IMG/VR virus record: IMGVR_UViG_3300030330_004441
Span: 1-33,993 of that record
Reading direction: 5' to 3' (one strand)
Source of the DNA: a virus
Lineage: Duplodnaviria > Caudoviricetes
Length of the DNA stretch: 33,993 bases
Below, piece after piece: positions 26,441 to 33,993 of this stretch. The notes under the pieces are model-generated. The model was given only the letters and a program-made list of their open reading frames with translations. It was not told where the DNA came from and made no database searches. The translations under genes were made by a program, and so were the position numbers. The number at the start of each line of letters is the position of its first letter. The stretch's first letter is position 1.

Positions 26441-29029
26441 ATGGCAGAAAATAATACTGACGTCATAACAGATCCGGAAGAGGCGGCTAACGCTGCCCGT
26501 ATTAATACTCAGTGTTTTCTAATTGAAAACATGGATAGAATTCGCCCATCAACAACTCCGCTTCCAAATTTAATTTTAGCCGATCAAGAAATTGCCGCAT
26601 CTGATGTAGTTGGTTTACTTAATCGTGGCAACGAAGCAGAAATTTTTCTAACTGCAACACCTGCTCAATTAGCCTATTTGGTGCCAAAAATTCAATTATA
26701 CATCCCTAGAGACGAAGAGGGCGGCAAGGATGAGTTGATTTATTTTGGTGATTATTATTTGTCCCCCTCTACAGCAAATACAGGCGCAAAACCTATTGAA
26801 TATGATCCAAATTTTTTAGAGACCGCTACAAACGTAATCTTTAAAGAGTCAGGTAGGGGTCGTGGCGCAGGTATATCGTCTTTTTCATATGCACTAGACA
26901 ATAAGCACCCAGGCTCTATAAGTTTTATGGCAAACTTAGAGATAAAGTTTGCCTCCTTAAGAGATCTTGCAGAGGGTCCTTACGTTTCTTTAATTTCCCC
27001 AACGGCAAGAAAATTAGCTTCAAAAAACTCACCGGACTCTGAATTAGAATTATTAAAACAAGAAAGAAAACAACTAGCCGAAAGACAGCGAAACAGATTT
27101 ACAAAGGGAAAAAAACCAAAAACTGCTAGGGGTATGCTTTCCTCTGGTGCTTCAAAGCTAAAGGCTATAATAGGTTGGCAAACACCAAGTTTCAAAGACG
27201 AATCGCTTATTCCTAATGGCGACAAGAAATTTTATGAATCTGTGAAAGCAAACGAAATTGCTCTTCTTTTACATTTAACAAAGTACAAACTAACTTTTGG
27301 CGAGGCAGGCGAAGCGACACTTTCAATTGATTATGCTGCCTCTATTGAGGCAGATTTTTCAGGACCGGGCTCAAGTGTATTTCCTGATGAGAGTGCGAGC
27401 GATTTTAGAGTAGCGGTTCGCACAAAAGAACTTCAAGGGTTGCAGGATGTAACAATTACTAAAGACGGTGCCGGGATCATAAAGAAATTTGGACCAGGTT
27501 CAACAATATCTAGACGACTTATCGGAGAAAATGGTTCAGCGATAAGTCTAGAGCAAGAGGATAAAGAACCAACTTGGCTTCTTGATGGGTTTAGCACACC
27601 AAATAAGGTATTAAAAGTACCTAACTCAATTAGTCTCGATATGCAGGCTGTAAGAGACGACTTACAGGGATTTGAGTTAGATATTAAAATAGAGCAAATT
27701 GGACAAAATAGACCAGAAAGAATTGAATTGATTCAGGGATTTATCAATAATACAAAACAAGCAATGACTTTAGTTGCAGACAGAACCCGAGCGACCAAAT
27801 ATAGATCTTTTATAGATAAGCTTACAGGCGAAACTCAAGAACAAACAAGAATACGAATGCTGTCAATAGAAAACCGATTTTTAGGCAAAGAGGCTGAGGG
27901 ACAGGTTTTACCTCCGGGCGCAGTAAGAAATAGGAGGATGGGCAAAGCACCGATCTTTTATGAGCCAGATGCCAGGACAAAAAGTCTTGGTGCCATCGGC
28001 GCTGTCATAAACTCTGAAAAAGGCGCAAAGAGAAACGAGACAATTAAAAAAATAAGAGTAGGTAGAAAACTAAACCCTGCTGCTAGGACCGATAAAGACG
28101 TCTCCCCATCGGAGGCAGGGCAAACAAGAATAGGATTTATGAGGCTTGGAGATATCATTGATATTGCTCTTGACAATATACAAGACTATACTAATAACGA
28201 AAACATCAAGCAAAAAATCTTCTTGGGTACTGTTGCTATTCCGGTCACTAAAAAATTAGTACCAGAAAAGTGGAGATACGTTAATATTGCAGACATACCA
28301 ATTTCCGTTGAGGCATTCCAGATTTTCTTCTTAGATAGGGTTATATCTCCGCAAAAGATAGTATATCCACTAAAACTTTTTATTTCGGATTTGTTAAAAT
28401 ATTTGATAGAGCCAGCTTTCAACCAATGTAAACTTAGTCCAGAAGACGGTGGAATTAGTTTTGAAAGCACTATTATAACAACTCCAGTTAACCTGCGTAA
28501 GGGCACCATTTTGAAAAGCGGTTCCCCTTTGTTTGAAAACCTTGCAGATAGAGGATGGAACACGCTTATAGAAGCGGATCAGGCACAAGAATATTTGGTT
28601 GTATACTCGGAAGATAAAAAAAGTGGACCCGGTAATCCACTTAAAGATAAAGAAAAGGGAGTTTATCACCTTGTCTTAGGTTCAGATCGGGGACTTGTAA
28701 AATCTATTTCCTTTTCTTCAAATGATAATCCACACCTTCAGACCCAGAACATAGTTAATGCCGCAGGTGGTGGCAGTCAGCTAGGAGTATTAGCAATGCC
28801 TCAAGACGCATCTGTCACGATGGTTGGGAACAATCTTTTTAAAACTGGGCAGAGCGTATACATAAATGCAGAATACGCTCTTGGCAGGGAGCGTGCAAGA
28901 GAACTTTTATTGGGGGGATATTATATTGTAACGAAGGTTTCCAATACAATATCAGCGTCTGGGTTTCAAACAACCCTTGATTGTAGGTGGACCAATTTTC
29001 CGATCAGTAAAAAAGCAGGGGAAAGGTAA
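26441..29029 (+). CDS. baseplate hub protein (gp27/late control D-like), large
   Basis: C-terminal ASVTMVGNNLFKTGQSVYI...LGGYYIVTKVSNTISASGFQTTL; follows the LysM protein. Confidence 0.62.
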   Translation: MAENNTDVITDPEEAANAARINTQCFLIENMDRIRPSTTPLPNLILADQEIAASDVVGLLNRGNEAEIFLTATPAQLAYLVPKIQLYIPRDEEGGKDELIYFGDYYLSPSTANTGAKPIEYDPNFLETATNVIFKESGRGRGAGISSFSYALDNKHPGSISFMANLEIKFASLRDLAEGPYVSLISPTARKLASKNSPDSELELLKQERKQLAERQRNRFTKGKKPKTARGMLSSGASKLKAIIGWQTPSFKDESLIPNGDKKFYESVKANEIALLLHLTKYKLTFGEAGEATLSIDYAASIEADFSGPGSSVFPDESASDFRVAVRTKELQGLQDVTITKDGAGIIKKFGPGSTISRRLIGENGSAISLEQEDKEPTWLLDGFSTPNKVLKVPNSISLDMQAVRDDLQGFELDIKIEQIGQNRPERIELIQGFINNTKQAMTLVADRTRATKYRSFIDKLTGETQEQTRIRMLSIENRFLGKEAEGQVLPPGAVRNRRMGKAPIFYEPDARTKSLGAIGAVINSEKGAKRNETIKKIRVGRKLNPAARTDKDVSPSEAGQTRIGFMRLGDIIDIALDNIQDYTNNENIKQKIFLGTVAIPVTKKLVPEKWRYVNIADIPISVEAFQIFFLDRVISPQKIVYPLKLFISDLLKYLIEPAFNQCKLSPEDGGISFESTIITTPVNLRKGTILKSGSPLFENLADRGWNTLIEADQAQEYLVVYSEDKKSGPGNPLKDKEKGVYHLVLGSDRGLVKSISFSSNDNPHLQTQNIVNAAGGGSQLGVLAMPQDASVTMVGNNLFKTGQSVYINAEYALGRERARELLLGGYYIVTKVSNTISASGFQTTLDCRWTNFPISKKAGER

Positions 29030-30234
29030 TGACTCAGAGAAAAAAACAAAGACCTGCATTTTATGGATCAAATAGTAATACAGCCGTCGAGTCTCACACT
29101 CAAAGGACCAATTATTCAACTTATGTTGACCAAATTTCTGACCCAGAACTTGGAGAAGTAATAGATTTATGGGGAAAGGATCGCTTATACGGCAAAATTG
29201 ATCCAAACGGCACAACTTTGATACCAAAAGGCAATAAACTTAAGCAGCTAAGGTATACCAAGCAAAGCAGAACTGTATTTGCTCTTAATTTTGTTGCAGA
29301 TGCTTGGAAAAATCTGGTTTTAGATCTTCGTGATTATGCAGAAAGAGGTAGAATAGTTTTAGACTCCCCATATGCTTCCCCGCTGGCCACTAGAGGGTAT
29401 GAGGATAGTAATTTATTATATGACGAACATATTAGAGAATTGATATACCCTTCGCTTTCTGAAGAATATCTTACCCTAAAACAAAAAAATAAACAGGCAA
29501 AAGACTTCAAGGGCTTTTTAGGCGCAATATCACCACTATTGCGACAAATCACAAAAGATTTTCCATTGACAAGAAGCGGTTTTATTGAAAGTAATCTTTG
29601 CCCGGTATATTGTTCAGGTTTGGTCATAGATTTTGCAGATGATAGGTACTCTGAAGATTTTCCGAAACTTGAAACATACATTAACGATAATAACTTTGTT
29701 TTTTTTGCTGAACTAGCAAGAAGACATGGTTTTTATATTGACAAAAATATTCCTTTTCGTGTGGTCGCAAATGTATCATCTCCTAGTATGCGAAAATACA
29801 TGGCAAAGTATTATGAACCGGACGCCTTGTTTTTTGACGGTGTTTGGTTTGATCATTCGTATAGACAAGACATTCCTAACTTGGAAGTATATTTGTTTGA
29901 TATGTATGAGGCTTTTCGTTTGTCTAACCCTTATGTTTTTAGCTACACACAAGGTGAAGCGTGTAAGAACCACACAATTTCTACATCTCTTAGAAGAGCA
30001 GAAACATCGTTTGATCAACAATTTGGGGAGCGTGGAGAATTTGAAAATAGATGGTACCTTAAGACTTATTTTTTGCTTCGTAGGTTAGAAAGGAACGAAG
30101 AATTGTCAGAAATTAGTAGCGTTGCTGATCTACGTCTAATATATGATATTTTAGAAACTCGTGGTTTTTTTGATGCGCTATATTATTTACACAATCATAT
30201 ACTAGAGTCTAAACTCATCAGCCGAATAAAATAA
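29029..30234 (+). CDS. hypothetical protein at end of tail operon
   Basis: 401-aa ORF coupled by TAATG; no motif recognised. Confidence 0.6.
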   Translation: MTQRKKQRPAFYGSNSNTAVESHTQRTNYSTYVDQISDPELGEVIDLWGKDRLYGKIDPNGTTLIPKGNKLKQLRYTKQSRTVFALNFVADAWKNLVLDLRDYAERGRIVLDSPYASPLATRGYEDSNLLYDEHIRELIYPSLSEEYLTLKQKNKQAKDFKGFLGAISPLLRQITKDFPLTRSGFIESNLCPVYCSGLVIDFADDRYSEDFPKLETYINDNNFVFFAELARRHGFYIDKNIPFRVVANVSSPSMRKYMAKYYEPDALFFDGVWFDHSYRQDIPNLEVYLFDMYEAFRLSNPYVFSYTQGEACKNHTISTSLRRAETSFDQQFGERGEFENRWYLKTYFLLRRLERNEELSEISSVADLRLIYDILETRGFFDALYYLHNHILESKLISRIK

Positions 30235-30242
30235 TTTTGTTC

Positions 30243-30270
30243 TTGAAAAAAATATAACATGTGTTAAGAT
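30243..30270 (+). promoter_or_regulatory. sigma70-like promoter TTGAAA-16-TAAGAT with extended -10 TG
   Basis: -35 at 30243-30248, TG 30262-30263, -10 at 30265-30270, at the structural/replication boundary. Confidence 0.55.
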
Positions 30271-30302
30271 GAGTAACCAACAAATGAACATTTGGAGCTT
30301 CT

Positions 30303-31520
30303 TTGCTTTTCCAAACACTAGACGATAAGGGAGAGTGCGTCGGTATTTATCATAACGGCGAACTACTATTTGACTTTGAAAACTTCCCACAAGACCTTAC
30401 TAGGACCTGGGGATATAACTCGTTCCTTGAAGGATATAGGGGTGTTGACTATGCGGAGTTATATGCTCTAGGTCAGGGACTTGACGAGGTTTGCCCCGAT
30501 CATCTGAAAGAGGAGTGGCAAGATTTACGAACACAGCGATCCTCTCTTATTCGTTCGTTGGCAATAGCAAAGGTTAGTTTACAAGAAAATTGTTTGTTTG
30601 ATGTTTTGCCTCCTTGGTTCCTTAAGAAATACTGTGAAGCCAAGAATCAAATATCAAATTATGTGATTGAATCACGACCAAAGCCGCCAAACTACAGGCA
30701 CCTGTTCTCTGTGGCTAGGATGCTGGCTGAGATCAAGGAGCAGGAGCTAAGTATTGATACTTCGTGCTTGAAGAAGCATAAGATGACACCGGCTATAGCA
30801 AACCTTCTAAAGAAAGTCAATAGTTGTTCCCCTTATGTTGTCTACAACCAGTTTGGGACTATCACTGGTAGACTGACCACAAAACCAACTACGTTTCCTA
30901 TTCTGACTATCAAAAAGGAATATAGAGAAATCCTCAAGCCTACTAACGACTTTTTCTTGGAGCTTGATTTTAACGGGGCAGAGATTCGTGTTCTTCTTGG
31001 ACTCTTGGGGTTGGAACAACCTATACAAGATATACATCAGTGGAATCTTGAAAACATTTTTGATAATGAGCTTGACCGATCTGCCGCAAAAGAAGCGTTC
31101 TTTGCTTGGCTCTATGGCAGTCATTCGCCAAAGTTAAAAAAGTATATCAACAAACTTAATAACAACTACGATAAACAAACTTTGGTCAATGACTATTGGG
31201 ACGGTGAATATATTAGGACACCCTTCGCCAGAGACATTAAATCTGATCAACACCACGCTCTAAACTACTTGATCCAATCTACTGCCGCAGACTTAGCTCT
31301 AGAGCAGGCGGTTAAAATCCGAAAACTGCTGAGCGGACGAAAGACCAAAATATCTTTCATTATCCATGACTCTATCGTATTAGATTTTTCTTCTGAGGAC
31401 AAGGAACTATTTAATGATATAGGAACCCTGATGGGGGATACTAGGTTTGGTAAGTTTTTAGTTTCTGCAAATATTGGAAAAAACTTTGCAGACCTAAAGG
31501 AGGCAAAGGCTTTTGTATAG
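30303..31520 (+). CDS. compact family A DNA polymerase (polymerase domain only)
   Basis: GTITGRLT, motif A LELDFNGAEIRVL, DIHQ, motif B RSAAKEAFFAWLYG, ALNYLIQSTAAD, motif C IIHDSIV; TTG start with GGAG. Confidence 0.85.
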   Translation: MLFQTLDDKGECVGIYHNGELLFDFENFPQDLTRTWGYNSFLEGYRGVDYAELYALGQGLDEVCPDHLKEEWQDLRTQRSSLIRSLAIAKVSLQENCLFDVLPPWFLKKYCEAKNQISNYVIESRPKPPNYRHLFSVARMLAEIKEQELSIDTSCLKKHKMTPAIANLLKKVNSCSPYVVYNQFGTITGRLTTKPTTFPILTIKKEYREILKPTNDFFLELDFNGAEIRVLLGLLGLEQPIQDIHQWNLENIFDNELDRSAAKEAFFAWLYGSHSPKLKKYINKLNNNYDKQTLVNDYWDGEYIRTPFARDIKSDQHHALNYLIQSTAADLALEQAVKIRKLLSGRKTKISFIIHDSIVLDFSSEDKELFNDIGTLMGDTRFGKFLVSANIGKNFADLKEAKAFV

Positions 31521-32352
31521 TATAGTTGGGGTTGGCAAAGGCGTTGAGAGCCTTATAGAATCATTTAATCAATATAAAGAATATAAAACTTATTTCTTGG
31601 ACGAAGAAATTTTGGGTGATTTTTCGTCAATGGAAGAATACGAAAACAATTTCCCGGTTACTGCTGTAAAAAGGAAGCTCAAAGGTATCACTAAAAAATC
31701 CGAGGTTTTATATGTTATCGAGGGCGGGGAGAATATTTCAGGCGTCTCGTTGAGAATGTTGGAGATATTAAAAAAAGCATCAGTAAAAATCTTATACGTT
31801 ATACCAGATAGGGCGGTGTTAAATGAAGAAAAGAAGCAAAATGAAAGCTTAACATTTAAAGCATTTCAAGACATTGTTAGAAGCGGCGATTTAGATCAAA
31901 TTATACTAGTTGATTTAGAGCGTGTTGAAATGTTTCTTGGTGATATACCGCTAGAAAATTACGACAAAGCCCTGGCGTATAATATTGTTAATACATTTGC
32001 CATGTTAAATTATTTTGATCATATAGAACCAGTAAAATCTACAAAAAAACAATTACCAGTTGCGGTTAGAATATCAACTTTTGGCTTCATTGACCCAAAT
32101 GGAGAGGAACACTTGTTCTATGATCTTCAGAAAATAAAAGACAAGGAATATTGTTATGGTGTTACGCAAGAGGATATGAAAAAAAGTTCCCTCTTAAGAG
32201 AAATAAAAGACAGAATAAAAACAACAGAAAAAAACATGCGCTGTCACTATTCTATCCATCTGATAGATTCTGATCAAACACAAAAGTATATCCGGGTGTA
32301 CACGGATATCTGCCAGATAATAAATGAGAAGATTGATCCTGTAACAACCTAG
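31513..32352 (+). CDS. degenerate tubulin/FtsZ-like protein
   Basis: N-terminal IVGVGKG Rossmann loop, EGGENISG at the GGGTGSG position, ILYVIP and IILVD strands in FtsZ-like order. Confidence 0.5.
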   Translation: MYSIVGVGKGVESLIESFNQYKEYKTYFLDEEILGDFSSMEEYENNFPVTAVKRKLKGITKKSEVLYVIEGGENISGVSLRMLEILKKASVKILYVIPDRAVLNEEKKQNESLTFKAFQDIVRSGDLDQIILVDLERVEMFLGDIPLENYDKALAYNIVNTFAMLNYFDHIEPVKSTKKQLPVAVRISTFGFIDPNGEEHLFYDLQKIKDKEYCYGVTQEDMKKSSLLREIKDRIKTTEKNMRCHYSIHLIDSDQTQKYIRVYTDICQIINEKIDPVTT

Positions 32353-32389
32353 TTATGTAGAGAAAACTACAAGACTAAATTAATTTGGT

Positions 32390-32842
32390 GTGGCAGGAGA
32401 AAGAAATCTTTTGGAAAACAATCGGCGAGATAGAGGGGTTTTACTAGCTACCTTTGTTAGAGGAGAGGACGATACTGTCGTAGATGAGGTTGTTGATTCA
32501 ATCTTGGAACAACATCACCTAACTAATAAGTACATTTTCATATTTAAAGATGAGATGGACTTGGATCGCAAGATAATCACTTATAACGCTAAGATTGATA
32601 AAGGTACAGGGGTTGGGTTAAAATACTTTACTATCAGAATCCATCGCAAGAAAAAAACAAATACCCTTTATACGATTAACGGGCTAAACAAAGCCATAGA
32701 AAAACAACACGAGGGCAAGACAGGTAAACAATACAAATTAAACTGGGAAGAATATCAAAACTCAGTTCTGTTAACCTTTGGTGGTAATCTAAAAGCTATC
32801 CGCTTGAAACTTGATAAGATTTTAGAAATCGCACAAGACTAG
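32390..32842 (+). CDS. hypothetical phage protein
   Basis: LLATF...IHRKKKTNTLYTINGLN...LNWEEYQNSVLL; CCTAGTTA motif at 32348-32355 upstream; start codon uncertain. Confidence 0.6.
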   Translation: MAGERNLLENNRRDRGVLLATFVRGEDDTVVDEVVDSILEQHHLTNKYIFIFKDEMDLDRKIITYNAKIDKGTGVGLKYFTIRIHRKKKTNTLYTINGLNKAIEKQHEGKTGKQYKLNWEEYQNSVLLTFGGNLKAIRLKLDKILEIAQD

Positions 32843-32851
32843 AAAAAAAAC

Positions 32852-32879
32852 TTTACATCTGCTCATAATCCTGTATAGT
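32852..32879 (+). promoter_or_regulatory. sigma70-like promoter TTTACA-16-TATAGT
   Basis: -35 at 32852-32857, -10 at 32874-32879, A-tract upstream; AGGAGG RBS at 32903. Confidence 0.55.
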
Positions 32880-32913
32880 GGTAACAGGTCAACTAACCAC
32901 ATAGGAGGATATT

Positions 32914-33672
32914 ATGGGAATCGACCTTGATAAGATGCGTAACAAATACGCCAAGTTAAACAACAAGGGTGGAAGCACCGATGATCGGTTTTGGAAGCCG
33001 CAAGAAGGGACACAAACTATTCGTATTGTATGTCCTTTAGATGGCGACCCTTTCCGTGACTACTTGTATCACTATCGTCTTGGGGCGGACAATAACGTAA
33101 CGTTCATCAGCCCACGGACTTTCGGCAAGACCGATCCGATTGCAGAGTTTGGGAACCAGCTTTGGAACGAGGGAACGGATGAGTCAAAAGAGATGGCTCG
33201 TAAGTTCTTCCCGAAGATGCGAGTCTTTGCTCCAGTCGTCGTCCGGGGCGAGGAGGAGAAGGGTGTCCGCATTTGGGGCTTCAGTAAGACGACTTATGAG
33301 CGTCTGTTGAATATTGTTCTTGACCCAGAATACGGCGATGTAACAGATGTTCATAACGGCACCGACATTCGCTTGGATTACGGAAAGAAGTCTGGTCAAA
33401 TGTACGCAAGTACCGAGCTTCGTCCCAACCGCCGCACCAGCGCCCTCGCTGGCTCGGATGAAGAGATGGATCGGATTATGAGCACTATGCCCGATTTCTC
33501 CGAGATCTTTTCTGAGACCACGACGGATGAAGCAAAGAAGTTGCTAGAGCAAACTTTGAGCGGTGCTTCTGAGGACACTTCTGAGGGACGTGTCCAATAT
33601 AGCTCTTCAAACAGTAATGACACCACGAGCGTTACTGACATTGAAAACGCTTTTGACGAACTATTGGCGTAG
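32914..33672 (+). CDS. gp32: single-stranded DNA-binding protein (T4 gp32-like)
   Basis: FWKPQEG..TIRIV, DPF..Y.HY, DPIAE, GVRIWGF, DPEYGDVTD...GTD, acidic tail DIENAFDELL. Confidence 0.85.
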   Translation: MGIDLDKMRNKYAKLNNKGGSTDDRFWKPQEGTQTIRIVCPLDGDPFRDYLYHYRLGADNNVTFISPRTFGKTDPIAEFGNQLWNEGTDESKEMARKFFPKMRVFAPVVVRGEEEKGVRIWGFSKTTYERLLNIVLDPEYGDVTDVHNGTDIRLDYGKKSGQMYASTELRPNRRTSALAGSDEEMDRIMSTMPDFSEIFSETTTDEAKKLLEQTLSGASEDTSEGRVQYSSSNSNDTTSVTDIENAFDELLA

Positions 33673-33716
33673 TTGACCGTCAACCCGCAGGGAGGCACGG
33701 GGCACAGGTGTCTCTC
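33672..33716 (+). promoter_or_regulatory. structured intergenic RNA element between SSB and recombinase
   Basis: GTTGA-CCG-TCAAC hairpin, then a 9-bp stem GGGAGGCAC/GTGTCTCTC (two G-U pairs); no U-tract. Confidence 0.5.
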
Positions 33717-33735
33717 CATTTTGGAAAGAGGTAAT

Positions 33736-33993
33736 ATGAATATGACTCTCGCAGACGATTTGCGAAAAGAATTAAATAAAGCAGCAAAAGAAACCATTGC
33801 TTACGATCTGAACGGGGAGAACCCAACTGACGTCAAGACTTGGATCTCTACTGGCTCTACTCTGTTAGATTATATTATTTCTAACCGTAGAAACGGTGGT
33901 ATCCCCGTCGGCAAGCTCACCACAATTGCTGGTGAGTCTGCCAGCGGCAAGAGCCTTATTGTCACACAGATTCTGGCAAACACTCAGAAGATG
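33736..33993 (+). CDS. uvsX: UvsX/RecA-like recombinase (5' part, truncated by window end)
   Basis: Own translation: MNMTLADDLRK...WISTGSTLLDYIIS...GGIPVGKLTTIAGESASGKS (Walker A); GAGG RBS; absent from the ORF track because no stop lies in the window. Confidence 0.9.
   Translation, partial: MNMTLADDLRKELNKAAKETIAYDLNGENPTDVKTWISTGSTLLDYIISNRRNGGIPVGKLTTIAGESASGKSLIVTQILANTQKM

Noticed and set aside
1308-33672. Genome-wide TAG reassignment (code 15), prompted by TAG stops in frame with the next gene at 1310, 9300, 10599, 26082 and 33672
   Set aside because: About 5 of 14 TAG-ended genes are in frame, as expected by chance; long conserved genes are uninterrupted in code 11; downstream genes have their own RBS; MCP and SSB end at natural C-termini
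33396-33797. 133-aa minus-strand ORF spanning the SSB end and UvsX start
   Set aside because: Antisense to two well-supported genes; no recognisable features
1-33993. Bacterial eCIS/tailocin locus, tRNAs, introns or inteins
   Set aside because: Terminase, portal, capsid and replication genes show a true phage; intergenic gaps are short with no cloverleaf seen; terminase and polymerase motifs are contiguous without intein-sized inserts

Overview
This window is a 34-kb, entirely + strand segment of a large T4-like myovirus (contractile-tailed dsDNA phage) genome in the standard genetic code. Gene order: HNH nuclease; two probable internal head proteins (one ParB/Srx-like); a holin/spanin-like trio; large terminase; portal; prohead protease; phage-encoded ribosomal protein bS21; decoration/fibre proteins; scaffold; major capsid protein; neck gp13/14/15; tail sheath; tail tube; tail chaperone; tape measure; baseplate proteins. 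A replication block follows: compact family A DNA polymerase, degenerate tubulin/FtsZ-like protein, gp32-like SSB and a partial UvsX/RecA. Most notable signals: (1) a U7 slippery site joining the tail chaperone to a +1/-2 frame ORF; (2) bS21 inside the head operon; (3) a recurrent (A/C)CTA(T/C/G)TTA late-promoter-like motif resembling the reverse complement of the T4 late promoter; (4) a hidden 34-aa Cys-Cys ORF and a UAG+hairpin junction in frame with the prohead protease; (5) shared putative capsid-targeting peptides with LxE cleavage sites; (6) a structured, possibly pseudoknotted RNA between SSB and UvsX. All product calls come from motif recognition and synteny; no database search was run.
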